From positions 2,432,001-2,496,000 of the forward strand of contig OY762926.1 of the NCBI GenBank assembly GCA_963666735.1: 64,000 nucleotides of DNA. Direction: 5' to 3'. The notes under the pieces were generated by a model that was given only the letters and a program-made list of their open reading frames with translations, was not told the origin of the DNA and did not search any database. Of the stretch, positions 28,564 through 38,840 are shown piece by piece. Numbering within the stretch: the first letter of the stretch is position 1; each line of letters begins with the position of its first letter. This stretch comes from Gemmatimonadota bacterium (GTDB lineage Bacteria; Gemmatimonadota; Gemmatimonadetes; Palauibacterales; Palauibacteraceae). Both the position numbers and the translations under genes were made by a program.

Positions 28564-30057
28564 CTACCAGAACGGTTCCGTCGCGGCGAAGGTCCGCCAG
28601 GATTCGATGAGGCCGGGCTCGGCCGCGCGGACCCCCTCGTCGCACCAGTCGCGGACCCGCGACGCACCCTCGGCGGCGTGCGGATCGACCGCAGCCAACT
28701 CCCGCGAGATCTGCCGCGCGACCGCCGCGTCGTTCAGGCGTCCGAGATCGTCCTGCAGCGACGAGAGATGCCGCAGGCAGGTTCCGGCCGCCGGGCCCGC
28801 GAAGAGGCTCCGGGAGTAGTCGCACGCATAGCGGAGCTTCTTGAGCGCGATCCTGACCCGGTGGCGCTCCGGCTCGCCGAGGTGATCGAAGCCGCTTCCC
28901 GCCTTCATCAGGGTCCCGTATCTCGCGGCGAGTCTGCCCTTCGCCGTCTCCATGAGGGATTCGCCACTGTCCCCGACGACGAGTCCGCCGCCGTGCGCCA
29001 CGTCCAGCAGATCCAGGACGAAGCGGTTGAACCGCCGGCCCAGGAGCAGCTTTCGAGCCGACGCATGGGCCGCCCCCCTCCGCTCCCGGGCGGCGTCACC
29101 AAGCCGCGACAGCGAGGAGACTCCGGGGTTCGCGTCGATCACGGGGGGCAACGTCTCGAGCAGAAAGACATCGAGGTCGCGGGCCGGGCCAAGCCGCTTG
29201 AGCGCCCGGCGGGCCTCGCGGTTCAGGGCGGCGGCCCGCGAGCCGAGATGGTGTTTGAGGAAGACGAGCGCCGAGCGCAGCCGCCTAAGGGAGACCCGCA
29301 GTTGGTGGATGCCTTCGGGATCGCCGGCCTCCAGGACCGCGGCGAGATTCCCCATTGCGTGGACGCACGCCGCCCGGACCACCTTCGCGAGCGCCGCGTC
29401 GATCGAGTCCGCCGGGTCGAGTTTCACTCGAGTCGCCCGGACGGCGGGCGGCGATGTGCCGAGAAGCAGGTCCGTGCCCCGCGCCGCCTTGGAGCGCGTC
29501 CCGACCGCGAGGCGACGCTCTTGCAGGAGCGCGCGCGCACCCGCCAGCATGTCCCCCACCGGCCCGCTCAGCAGTTCCAACTCCAGTTCGGCGACCGGCG
29601 TCTCACGCCCGCCGGCCGAGATCCGGCCCGCATCCAGCGCGACCTCGACCAGCGCGTCGCCCATCCTGGTTTCCTTCTTCGTGCGCTCGATGTCCGTGAG
29701 GAAGGTGGGGTCCAGTGCGTCGGTCGCCGTGACCCCGAGGTCGTCGACGGGCGCCTCCGCGGGGAGTCGATCGAGACTCGGCGTCCCTTCGTCATCGGTC
29801 GCGGGCGCCAGGGGCGATGTCCACTCGCCACGGGTCAGTCCATCCCCCTCGTCCTTCTTGAGGGTCAGTTCCCGGACGCCGCGCCGGCTCCGGATTCTGA
29901 GGGCGTAGCCACGGCGCCGAAGATGACCCTCCGGCGTGTCGTAGTAGGTCGTCGTGAGTTGCTGGCGGGCCGGGCGACTTCCGCCGAGATCGTCAAAGGC
30001 CGCGGACAACTCCGCGGGACGCCCGGTTAGCTTGACCTCGACTTCAACCGTACTCAT
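28564..30057 (-). CDS. CYTH + CHAD domain protein (inorganic triphosphatase-like)
   Basis: EVEVK, YYDTP, LRIR, ELELE; HQLRV.LRRLRS, RDLDV, HRVRIALKKLRY, LQDDLGRLND. Confidence 0.92.
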   Translation of the reverse strand: MSTVEVEVKLTGRPAELSAAFDDLGGSRPARQQLTTTYYDTPEGHLRRRGYALRIRSRRGVRELTLKKDEGDGLTRGEWTSPLAPATDDEGTPSLDRLPAEAPVDDLGVTATDALDPTFLTDIERTKKETRMGDALVEVALDAGRISAGGRETPVAELELELLSGPVGDMLAGARALLQERRLAVGTRSKAARGTDLLLGTSPPAVRATRVKLDPADSIDAALAKVVRAACVHAMGNLAAVLEAGDPEGIHQLRVSLRRLRSALVFLKHHLGSRAAALNREARRALKRLGPARDLDVFLLETLPPVIDANPGVSSLSRLGDAARERRGAAHASARKLLLGRRFNRFVLDLLDVAHGGGLVVGDSGESLMETAKGRLAARYGTLMKAGSGFDHLGEPERHRVRIALKKLRYACDYSRSLFAGPAAGTCLRHLSSLQDDLGRLNDAAVARQISRELAAVDPHAAEGASRVRDWCDEGVRAAEPGLIESWRTFAATEPFW

Positions 30058-30063
30058 GAGCCG

Positions 30064-31185
30064 CTACGCCACCGCCGCGTACGCCTCCTCGAGGAGGGCC
30101 GCCACCCGGTCGAGGGCCTCGTCGAGTTCCGCGGCCGGGTTCCCGAAGCCGATCCGCAGGTACCGGTCCATGCCGAAATGGTCCCCCGGCACGAGGAGCA
30201 CACCCTTCTCGGCTCGCAGCCGCTCCGCCAGTTCGGTGGAGTTGATGTCGAGACCGTAGCGCACGTAGCAGATCGCGCCGGCATCCGGGGCCCGGTACGA
30301 GAACAGGTCCGCGCGGTCGTCGAGCCAGCGGGTGACGCGGGAGAGGTTGGCGCGGATGATCCCCCGGGTCCTTTCGAGCACGCGGGGGCGCACGTCGGCG
30401 TTCAGAACGCGCCGCGCCGCGATGTCCGAAAGGGTGGCCGGCGTGATCGTCGTGTAGTCCTTGCGGCTCCAGAACTCCTCGTGCATGTGCGCCGGCGCGG
30501 TGATCCAGCCGAGCCGGAGCCCCGGAAGCGCGTACGCCTTGGAGAGCGAGTCCGTCACGATCACCCGGTCGTAGCGGCCCCAGAAGCTCGGCGTCTCCCG
30601 GCCCTCGACCTCCGCCCCGATGTAGACCTCGTCGGCCAGTATCCAGGCCCCGACCGCCGCCGCCGCCGCGACGATCTCGTCCATCGCGGCCTCGGTGAGG
30701 ACGGATCCCGTCGGGTTGTTGGGGTTCGTGACGATGACGAGACGCGTTCCGGGCGTGATGACGGAGGCGGCGCTTCCCGGCTCCGGCTGCCAGCCGAGAC
30801 CCTCCCTCAACTGCCACGAGACGACGTCCGCGCCGAGCCCCCGCGCGAGTCCCGGCGTCTGGCCGTAGGTCGGCTCCAGCGCCACCACGCGATCTCCCGC
30901 GGACACAAGGCTCCAGAGGACCACGTAGTTCGCCTCGGCCCCGCCCGTCGTGGCGATGACGTTGTCGGGCGCCGCCCCCTCGTACAGGTCCGCGATCGCG
31001 GCCTTGAGCGGATCGGAACCGTCGCTCTGGCCGTACTCGAGGCGAACGTCGCCCGGGTCCAGGTCGATGAAGTCCAGAAGTTCCGAGAGGGTGAGCGGAT
31101 GCACGCCGCTCTCGGAAATGTTGTAGTCCACGCGGTGCTCGAACGTCGACTGCCAGCGCTCCATCAGGAATGGGGGGACACGCAT
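30064..31185 (-). CDS. Class I/II PLP-dependent aminotransferase
   Basis: NPNNPTG, DEVY, SLSKAYALPGLRLGW; start MRVPPFLMERWQ. Confidence 0.92.
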   Translation of the reverse strand: MRVPPFLMERWQSTFEHRVDYNISESGVHPLTLSELLDFIDLDPGDVRLEYGQSDGSDPLKAAIADLYEGAAPDNVIATTGGAEANYVVLWSLVSAGDRVVALEPTYGQTPGLARGLGADVVSWQLREGLGWQPEPGSAASVITPGTRLVIVTNPNNPTGSVLTEAAMDEIVAAAAAVGAWILADEVYIGAEVEGRETPSFWGRYDRVIVTDSLSKAYALPGLRLGWITAPAHMHEEFWSRKDYTTITPATLSDIAARRVLNADVRPRVLERTRGIIRANLSRVTRWLDDRADLFSYRAPDAGAICYVRYGLDINSTELAERLRAEKGVLLVPGDHFGMDRYLRIGFGNPAAELDEALDRVAALLEEAYAAVA

Positions 31186-31260
31186 GTCAACTCCTGTCGG
31201 CTCCTGCGGTATGATCGGCATACACCTGTGTGCGGCGTACGATCTTCGGAGGATACCGAA

Positions 31261-31416
31261 ATGAAGGAGAAACAGAAACAAACCACGGCGGAGTTCTTTG
31301 CCGAGCGCTCGGACGAGGCGGACATCCAGGCGGCGCGACGGCTCCTGAAACGATCCGGCGGCGAGCCGCCTCACGCGTCGGATCGCCTTGGTGAGGACGA
31401 GGTTGGGGGGCGCTGA
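31261..31416 (+). pseudogene. C-terminal fragment of a HicB-like/RHH antitoxin
   Basis: TAEFFAERSDEADIQAARRLLKRSGGEPPHASDRL resembles the C-half of small RHH antitoxins; the DNA-binding N-half is absent. Confidence 0.45.
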
Positions 31417-31466
31417 CGTAACAGTCTGGTCACGACGCTTGCACCGCGCGGAAATCGGCCTAGGGT
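31416..31466 (+). promoter_or_regulatory. Putative Pho-box-like direct repeat plus promoter
   Basis: GTAAC (31418) and GTCAC (31429) at 11-bp period, then TTGCAC-N16-TAGGGT, upstream of a phosphate transporter. Confidence 0.4.
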
Positions 31467-31546
31467 TGGCGCTGAAAAGCGCTTTGTGCGGCACCTCGGT
31501 GTGACCGTATTCCGGACGTAGGCGGCCCCAGCCAGGCGTTGATCCA

Positions 31547-33076
31547 TTGTTCGAAACCATTGCTCTGCTTCTGATTCTCGGGCTCGCCACCTTCGACCTC
31601 TGGGTCGGGGTCGCGAACGATGCCGTGAACTTCCTGAACTCGGCGTTCGGATCCCGGGTGGCTCGACGGCGCCTCATCATGATGATCGCCACGGTCGGGA
31701 TCCTTCTCGGCGCCTTCACATCGAGCGGCCTCATGGAAGTGGCGCGCCGCGGCGTGTTCGATCCCGGCTTCTTCACCAACGTAGACGGGACGATCATCCT
31801 GACCTCGATCCTCGCCCTCTACCTCGGGGTTATGGCGGCGGATGTCCTGCTCCTGGATCTCTTCAACACCTTCGGGCTGCCGACCAGCACGACGGTATCC
31901 ATCGTGTCGGAGCTGGTCGGCGCCTCGATCGCGGTCGCCTTCTGGACCACGGCGGGTGGGTTCCGCGAGGCACTGGGGGTGATCAACACCGGACCCGTGC
32001 TCGGCATTTACACCGCCATCTTTCTCTCCGTCATCACCGCCTTCGTGAGCGCGGCCGCGATCATGTGGCTGGTCCGGGTCCTGTACGGATTCGATCTGAA
32101 GAAGAGCTTCCCGCGCTGGGGCTGGCTCTGGACGGGTGTCTCGTTCTCGGCGATGTCCTACTTCGTGCTGTTCAAGGGTCTCCAGGGCGCCGCGATCCTC
32201 GGTGAAGGGACGATGGCGATGCTCCGCGATCAGATCGTCCTGATCCTCGTGGGCGTGTTCGCGCTGTCGAGCGTGTTTGCGCTCGCGCTCCGGCATCGAC
32301 CCAAGACGGTGGTCGGCGTCATCGTCCTCACGGGCACGGGGGCACTGTCCATGGCGTTCGCCGGGAACGATCTCGTCAACTTCATCGGACCCTCGGTGGC
32401 GGCCTTCCAGGCGGTGCTCGTCGAGGGCGTCGACCTCTCGGGCCGGGTGCCGACGCCGCCCTGGGCGCTGCTGCTGGCGGGCATCATCATGGCTGTGGCG
32501 CTCATCAGGTCCCGGAAGGCGCGGCGCGTGACGGACACGGAGATCCGGCTCGCCGCGCAAAGCCATACGCCGCAGCGCTTCCGCGACAGCAAGCTGGGCA
32601 CGTCGATCGCGACGTGGGGGTACTCCGGCTTCCTCACGGCGCGGCGCCTCACGCCGCGCAGGATCCGGGCGCATATCGAAGAGCAGACCGCGCCGCCCCC
32701 GCCGGACCCCCAGGATCCTCCGTACGACCTGCTTCGCGCCAGCGTGAATCTCACAGTCGCCGCGCTGCTCATTTCCATCGGGACCGCGAACAGGCTGCCC
32801 CTGTCGACGACATACATCACGTTCATGGCCGCGATGGGCGCTTCGTTCGGAGACCGGACGTGGACCATGACGGACGGCGGCCAGCGCGTAACGGGCATCA
32901 TGGTCGTACTCGGCGGCTGGCTCCTCACGGGACTCATCGCCGCGGCAGTCGCCTTCGTGATGGCTTCCCTGATCGTCCTCACGGGGACGGCCGGCCTGCC
33001 CATCGTCGCGGTGCTCGTCGCGGTCGGCATGTGGCGGCTCGGACGGGTCCGCCAGCCCGAGCCGGAGCACGGCTGA
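31547..33076 (+). CDS. Inorganic phosphate transporter (PiT family)
   Basis: GVANDAVNF, GLPTSTT, AFAGNDLVNF, LPLSTT. Confidence 0.92.
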   Translation: MFETIALLLILGLATFDLWVGVANDAVNFLNSAFGSRVARRRLIMMIATVGILLGAFTSSGLMEVARRGVFDPGFFTNVDGTIILTSILALYLGVMAADVLLLDLFNTFGLPTSTTVSIVSELVGASIAVAFWTTAGGFREALGVINTGPVLGIYTAIFLSVITAFVSAAAIMWLVRVLYGFDLKKSFPRWGWLWTGVSFSAMSYFVLFKGLQGAAILGEGTMAMLRDQIVLILVGVFALSSVFALALRHRPKTVVGVIVLTGTGALSMAFAGNDLVNFIGPSVAAFQAVLVEGVDLSGRVPTPPWALLLAGIIMAVALIRSRKARRVTDTEIRLAAQSHTPQRFRDSKLGTSIATWGYSGFLTARRLTPRRIRAHIEEQTAPPPPDPQDPPYDLLRASVNLTVAALLISIGTANRLPLSTTYITFMAAMGASFGDRTWTMTDGGQRVTGIMVVLGGWLLTGLIAAAVAFVMASLIVLTGTAGLPIVAVLVAVGMWRLGRVRQPEPEHG

Positions 33077-33083
33077 TCCCCTG

Positions 33084-33120
33084 CCCCGGCCGGCGCGGCG
33101 TCCGACCGCGTCGGCCGGGG
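33084..33120. terminator. 15-bp GC hairpin between convergent genes
   Basis: CCCCGGCCGGCGCGG / CCGCGTCGGCCGGGG; no U-tract. Confidence 0.45.
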
Positions 33121-33180
33121 GCCAGGACCGGCCGGCGCAGTCAGCCGCATCCGCCCGGCGTCAGTCCATCTCAGCCCATT

Positions 33181-33588
33181 TCAGCCCAGCAGGGCGTCGA
33201 CCGTCATCTCGTCCTCATCCATCGTGCCCCAGAGGACCATGGCGCCGGCGAAGATGATGATCGAGGGATAGAAGAGGACCTGCGATCCGTCGAGGACCCA
33301 GCCCCACGGATCGAGGATCGACTTCCACACGGCGAGCGCCGTGATGAGGAGGACGACGAACGTCACCGGGTAGGCCCGCTTCCTCCACAGGCCCGCCACC
33401 ACGAGCAGGCCGAGGAGGATCTCCAGACCGCCGAACACGTTTTGGACCACCGCCTGCGCACCGATCCCGAGATAGAAGCTCTCGGCGACGCGCTGTCCGT
33501 GCTCCACGTTCACGAACTTGTCGAGACCCCACATCACCAGCAGCCACCCCGTACTCACTCTCAGCAGCAACAGACCCCAGCGTTTCAT
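33181..33588 (-). CDS. DoxX-family membrane protein
   Basis: LLLRV..G.L..WG.DKF; E...GLL...GL. Confidence 0.8.
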   Translation of the reverse strand: MKRWGLLLLRVSTGWLLVMWGLDKFVNVEHGQRVAESFYLGIGAQAVVQNVFGGLEILLGLLVVAGLWRKRAYPVTFVVLLITALAVWKSILDPWGWVLDGSQVLFYPSIIIFAGAMVLWGTMDEDEMTVDALLG

Positions 33589-33766
33589 GTCGGCCTCCGG
33601 ATTCCGGTGTCGCGGGACGTTCCTCGTGGCTTTCAGAGTGGTCCTCCGCCTCTGCGCGCGTCAATCGCGAGGGGGCGGCGGGTGTTTTGACGCAGGCGGC
33701 GGACGACTAATTTCCCTCCGCGTTGCCGGAGGCTCGAGTTCAAGGGGTCGGAAGGGGTCGGGACGA

Positions 33767-35617
33767 ATGGTGGTCGGTTCGAGAAGCAGGACAATCGGAG
33801 GCGTGGCGTGGCTGGCGCGCGCGGCGCTGGCGGTCGCGGTCGCGGGGTCTCTCCTCCCGGGCCGCGGCGTGGCGCAGCTTCCTCGACAGGGGGCGCCGGA
33901 TCTCGAGAAGGGGGACATCGCCATCGCCCTCGACCGCACCGCATACCTCGCCGGCGAGGCCGCGCAACTCGCGGTGCGCCTCACCATCGAGGCCGGCTGG
34001 CACACGAACAGCTACGAACCGACCTACGACTACCTGATCGCGACGGAGATCGACATCGAGGCGCCGCCCGACTGGCCGGCTCCGGAGTCGCCTCGCTATC
34101 CCCCCGGCGAGATGAGGCGCTTCGATTTCGCACCCACCGCCATCTCCGTGTACGAGGGCGAGATCTTCATCCGGACCGCGCTGACGACGCCGGCGGGAGC
34201 GGCGGCCGGCACGTACCCCATTCGCGCGAACGTCACCTACCAGGCGTGCGACGACAAGATGTGCCTCGCGCCGGTGACGACGCCGGCCACGGTGGGACTG
34301 ACGATCGCCGCCGGGGGTGAGGTCGCGAACCCCGAGTTCTTCGCGGCGGCGGAAACCCCGACGGGCGGGCGGGGATCGCAGCTCGGCGGCGCCGGACGCG
34401 GGCTTCTGTGGTTCGTGCTCCTCGGCTTCCTGGGCGGGCTGATCCTGAACGCGATGCCGTGCGTCCTTCCCGTGCTGTCGCTGAAGGTGTTCGGACTGAT
34501 GAAGAGCGCGGAGGGGGGCAGGCGCGCCCTCACGACGGGTAGCCTTGCCACGGCAGCCGGCATCATCCTCTCCTTCCTGCTGCTGGCGGGGGCGGCGATC
34601 GGGGCGCGCGCGGCCGGCGTCGCGGTGGGCTGGGGGATCCAGTTCCAGGAGCCGTTGTTCGTCGGAGCGCTCGCGGTCGTGATCCTGCTCTTCACGCTCA
34701 ACATGTGGGGACTGTTCGAGATCCACCTGCCGGGGTCGCTGGCGAAGGTGGGCTCGGCGGGTCCATCCGAGGGGCTCGCGGGCCACTTGGTGACCGGCTT
34801 TTTCGCCACGCTGATGGCGACCCCCTGCTCCGCTCCCTTCCTGGGGACGGCGCTGGGCTTCGCGCTCACGCAGGATTCGGGCACGACGGCCGCCATGTTC
34901 GGCGCGATCGGGACGGGCATGGCCTCCCCGTATCTGCTCCTGGCGGCGTTCCCGGCGGCGGGGCGCGTGCTGCCGCGGCCGGGGCCGTGGATGGCGACCT
35001 TCCGCGTCGTGATGGGGTTCCTGCTCGCGGCGACGCTCGTGTGGCTCCTGTTCGTGATGTCGGGCCTCGTGTCGGCGCCGCGCGTGGCCTTCTTCGAGAT
35101 CGGCCTGCTCGCCGTGGCCCTCGCGATCTGGCTCGCGAGCCGGTCGCGGCGCGGCCAGGCGGCGCGCCGCCTCGCCGGCGTCGCCGCGGCGGCGCTGATG
35201 GTCGTGTCCGTCTCCACGGTGGCCGCGGGGCGATCCGAAGCGGGGCCCTCGACGATCGGTGTCGCGCCGGAGAATCGCCTCATCGCTTGGCAGCCCTTCG
35301 ACCGCGAGCGGGCCGAGGGACTCGCCGCCGAGGGCAGCTACGTGTTCGTCGACGTGACGGCGGACTGGTGTTTCACCTGCAAGGTCAACGAGACGCTCTT
35401 CCTGGAGACCGAGGAGGTGGCCGGGGCGTTCGAGCAGCACGGCGTCATCGCCATGCGGGCCGACTGGACCCGCCGCGACGAGTCGATCGGCCGCTACCTG
35501 GCCGACTTCGGCCGCTACGGCATCCCCTTCTACGTGCTCTACCGGCCGGGCGGGGAACCCCACGTCTTCTCGGAGTTGATCTCGAAGTCCGCGATCCTCG
35601 ACCTGCTCGGGGACTAG
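33767..35617 (+). CDS. DsbD-like thiol:disulfide interchange protein
   Basis: QACDDKMC, LNAMPCVLPVL, ATPCSAPF, PRPGPWM, TADWCFTC. Confidence 0.92.
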   Translation: MVVGSRSRTIGGVAWLARAALAVAVAGSLLPGRGVAQLPRQGAPDLEKGDIAIALDRTAYLAGEAAQLAVRLTIEAGWHTNSYEPTYDYLIATEIDIEAPPDWPAPESPRYPPGEMRRFDFAPTAISVYEGEIFIRTALTTPAGAAAGTYPIRANVTYQACDDKMCLAPVTTPATVGLTIAAGGEVANPEFFAAAETPTGGRGSQLGGAGRGLLWFVLLGFLGGLILNAMPCVLPVLSLKVFGLMKSAEGGRRALTTGSLATAAGIILSFLLLAGAAIGARAAGVAVGWGIQFQEPLFVGALAVVILLFTLNMWGLFEIHLPGSLAKVGSAGPSEGLAGHLVTGFFATLMATPCSAPFLGTALGFALTQDSGTTAAMFGAIGTGMASPYLLLAAFPAAGRVLPRPGPWMATFRVVMGFLLAATLVWLLFVMSGLVSAPRVAFFEIGLLAVALAIWLASRSRRGQAARRLAGVAAAALMVVSVSTVAAGRSEAGPSTIGVAPENRLIAWQPFDRERAEGLAAEGSYVFVDVTADWCFTCKVNETLFLETEEVAGAFEQHGVIAMRADWTRRDESIGRYLADFGRYGIPFYVLYRPGGEPHVFSELISKSAILDLLGD

Positions 35618-37410
35618 CGGGCGGCGGCGATCCGGTCGAGGAACCCCGCCACGTCGAGAAGCACGATGTCGTCGCGCTGCCGGAGTTCGCGGAGGAACGG
35701 CCCCTTGTGTCCCGCTCCGTAGGTGAGGAGGAAGCGGACGCCCTCCCCCCGGTGACGGTCCAGCCCGTCCTCGATGTACGCCCAGTGCGAGGCATTGATC
35801 GCCTCCCAGCCTCCGGGACCCAGATCCGCGTCGAACAGGCGGGCGTACGTCCGCATCCGGATGTCGTAGGCCTCATCGTAGGCATCGGTGTGGATCCAGC
35901 GCGGGTCGTCCGCCGCGCCCGCGGCGAGCGCGTCGGCTGAAGCCTCCGCGGCGGCGCGGTACTCCGCCCATCCTTCGGCCCGGGCCAGGTCCCGCGAGTA
36001 GGCGTCGAGATAGGCGGCGCGGAAGTCCGACATCGGCTCCGTCCACCCCGCGGTGGGGATGACCTCGAAGTCGAGTTCGCGAGAGAGGGGGAAGAGTCCC
36101 TCCATGTACTCGGGGAAGCGGCGGACCCGCGGCTCCTCGACCGTCCCGGTGGCTTCGAACTCGGCCCACGCCCGGTCCCAGCGGTTGGGCGGGATCTCCG
36201 TCATCCAGTAGTCCGGATCGATCTGGCGCACCAGGTCGCGGACGACCTCGAGGCTGAACATCTCGCTGGTTTCGTGGCCCGAGTGGATCATCCCCACCAC
36301 GACAACTTCGTTTAACACCCCTGCTCCCTCGCGGGAAGCCGGCGACTCGGCGGGGGCCGCGGGCGGCATGGCGGCCGGCAGCAGCTCGACCAGCGTGCCG
36401 GAAACTTCGTTGGCCACGAACACGCGCTCGCCGTCCGGGTGCGCGCGCAGGACGATCGGCTGATCCCCAACCTCCAGCCGCTGGACGACGGCGCGGGACT
36501 CGAGGTCGACGACGGAAACGGTGCTGCCGCCCGCATTGTTGACGAGCGCGTAGCGACCATCGCCGGGTACGACGACCGAGAACGGGCGGGGTCCGAGACC
36601 CTCCGACACGCGGCCCGTGATCGCGAAGGACGCGGTGTTGATGAAGGCCACTTCGTCCGATCCGCCGCAGGCGACGACGTACGTGACCTGGTCGGGCGTG
36701 AGCGCCCCCCCCGGCGGGCCCGGACACGCCTCGACGGTGGCGTCCGTTTCCCCGTTCAGGAGGTCGATGACGGAGACCGTCCCGGCATCGAGGTTGGGCA
36801 CGAAGGCGTAGGACCCGTCCCACATCACGTCCGCCGGATAGGGGCGATCGCCCGTGGCATGGAACGCCCGCGGCGCCCCCTCGCGCGTGTCCACCGTCCA
36901 CAGCCGGTCCGAGAACTCGGTCGTGATCCAGGTCTCTCCGCGCACGGTCCCGGGCGTGAATAGCGACGGACCCGCCCCGACGCCCCACACGGCGCCGGGG
37001 ACGATCCGGCCCTCGTCGTCGAGCCGGATGAGCGTCGAATCCCGGAACTGGCTCACGAGCCAGCCGCCGTCGACGCGGACGAGGTCGAGCGGCGTGTCCC
37101 CGGCTTCCCAGCGCGCCACGACGGCGGCCTCGGAGAGGTCCACGACCGCGATCCGCCCTTCGCCGCTCAGGGCCACCCAGGCGGTGTCCCCATCCGGACT
37201 GAACCGGATGCCGTGCGGGGCTTCCCCCACCTCGATCGTCGCGCCGATGCGGTAGGGAGCGTCGGCCGCGCCGGCTTCGCCCGGCGACTCGCTGCAGGCG
37301 GCCACCCCCATCGCCAGCGCGGCCACTGCCGGCGCCCGCGCGAGGACCGCGACCCGTGGGCCGGCGTTCGCGGTCCGGGGGCGGCGACGGCGCGGGCGGG
37401 GCGTCTCCAT
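35614..37410 (-). CDS. YVTN/YncE beta-propeller lipoprotein fused to a putative TraB/ChaN-like hydrolase domain
   Basis: VGEAPHGI, TVSVIDL, VGDQP repeats; C-terminal GMIH...TEIPP...YGAGH. Confidence 0.75.
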   Translation of the reverse strand: METPRPRRRRPRTANAGPRVAVLARAPAVAALAMGVAACSESPGEAGAADAPYRIGATIEVGEAPHGIRFSPDGDTAWVALSGEGRIAVVDLSEAAVVARWEAGDTPLDLVRVDGGWLVSQFRDSTLIRLDDEGRIVPGAVWGVGAGPSLFTPGTVRGETWITTEFSDRLWTVDTREGAPRAFHATGDRPYPADVMWDGSYAFVPNLDAGTVSVIDLLNGETDATVEACPGPPGGALTPDQVTYVVACGGSDEVAFINTASFAITGRVSEGLGPRPFSVVVPGDGRYALVNNAGGSTVSVVDLESRAVVQRLEVGDQPIVLRAHPDGERVFVANEVSGTLVELLPAAMPPAAPAESPASREGAGVLNEVVVVGMIHSGHETSEMFSLEVVRDLVRQIDPDYWMTEIPPNRWDRAWAEFEATGTVEEPRVRRFPEYMEGLFPLSRELDFEVIPTAGWTEPMSDFRAAYLDAYSRDLARAEGWAEYRAAAEASADALAAGAADDPRWIHTDAYDEAYDIRMRTYARLFDADLGPGGWEAINASHWAYIEDGLDRHRGEGVRFLLTYGAGHKGPFLRELRQRDDIVLLDVAGFLDRIAAAR

Positions 37411-37418
37411 CCGGCGGA

Positions 37419-38723
37419 TCAGCCCTCTTCCTGCTGCATTGTCCCGGCGACCTCCTCGGCGGCGCGCCAGATGCGGAGCGTATTCCCGCCCCAGAGCTGC
37501 CGGATCTCATCCTCGGAATAGCCCCGTCGCACGAGTTCGATCGTGATGTTGAGCGTCTCCGAGGCATCGCTCCACCCGTCGATCCCGCCGCCACCGTCGA
37601 AGTCCGAGCTGATCCCGACGTAGTCCAGGCCGACCAGGTTGACCGCGTAGTCGATGTGGTCGACGAAATCCGCCACGTTGACCGCCGGGTAGCGCGACCG
37701 GATCTCGGCCATCCCGTCGCGGAAGGCGACGCGCTGCTCGTCCGTCATCTGTGAGAAACTTGTGAAGCCGATCGACTCGCGGAGCGCGGTCACTTCCGCC
37801 TGCTGTTCCCCGGAAGGCGACTTCACGAACGCACCCAGCGCCACGGTCTGGATCACGCCTCCGTTCTCGCGCAGGGCGTAGAGCTGCTCGTCGTCCATGT
37901 TGCGGGGATGGGGGTTCACCGCGTGGGCGCCGGAGTGCGACGCGATGACCGGAGTCTCGGAGAGTTGCATGGCCTCGAGGCTGGCCGCCTTCGAGATATG
38001 GGAGACATCGACCATGATCCCGAGCCGGTTCATCTCGGCGATCACTTCTTCGCCGAAGTCGCTGATCCCCCCGTTTTCTTCGGGCGTGTCGCCGTAGGCG
38101 AAGTTGGGCTGCGCAGAGTCTGCGATGTCGTTGTTCCCGTTGTGGGCCAGTGTGATGTAACGCGCCCCGAGTTCGTGGTACGTCTCGAGGAGCGAGAGAT
38201 CCTTCCCGATCACGTAGCCGTTCTCGATCCCGATCGCCGCCACCAGCCGACCCTCCGCATGTATGCGCTCCACGTCGTCGGCCGTGTACGCGAGGCCAAT
38301 CCGGTCCGGATACATCTCGTTCGCCATGCGGTGGATCGCCTCGAACTTCGTCATCGCACCCTGCTTCGCAGCCTCGTAGTTCTCCGGCGTGCGATCGGTC
38401 TGGCCCACGTAGACGATGAAGAAGCCGACATCGAGTCCGCCGGCCCGCATCTTCTCGAGGTTCACCTGCCGGTCCGCATTCAGCGGATCGACCTCTGGCG
38501 TTGCGAAGTTGTAGGGGATGTCGTCGTGCGTGTCGATCGTCAGTACGCTCTCGTGGATCTCCCGCGCGCGGCGCTCGATTTCCGCCTCGTCCATGGGGCT
38601 TTCATCTCCCGCGGCGGCCTCCCCGTCGTCCGGCAACTCCCCGCAGCCGGTGGCGAGGAACGGGACAAGGGAAAGGAACAGAGCGGGCAGGAGGACTTGG
38701 TGCGGGCGGGCGGGCTGTCTCAT
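37419..38723 (-). CDS. Membrane dipeptidase (peptidase M19) lipoprotein
   Basis: DTHDD, GIENG, TLAH, MNRLGIMVDVSH, ASHS, SSDFDGGG. Confidence 0.93.
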   Translation of the reverse strand: MRQPARPHQVLLPALFLSLVPFLATGCGELPDDGEAAAGDESPMDEAEIERRAREIHESVLTIDTHDDIPYNFATPEVDPLNADRQVNLEKMRAGGLDVGFFIVYVGQTDRTPENYEAAKQGAMTKFEAIHRMANEMYPDRIGLAYTADDVERIHAEGRLVAAIGIENGYVIGKDLSLLETYHELGARYITLAHNGNNDIADSAQPNFAYGDTPEENGGISDFGEEVIAEMNRLGIMVDVSHISKAASLEAMQLSETPVIASHSGAHAVNPHPRNMDDEQLYALRENGGVIQTVALGAFVKSPSGEQQAEVTALRESIGFTSFSQMTDEQRVAFRDGMAEIRSRYPAVNVADFVDHIDYAVNLVGLDYVGISSDFDGGGGIDGWSDASETLNITIELVRRGYSEDEIRQLWGGNTLRIWRAAEEVAGTMQQEEG

Positions 38724-38840
38724 CTTCAACTCCTCGTCGGATCCGGGCGGACGTGGCGCAAGCTCGTCCGCGTCCCGGCGAGGCGCAACGCGGGGTCGAG
38801 CCCCGCGAACTTCTCGAGCCCCGGAGGACGGACGAACGTG

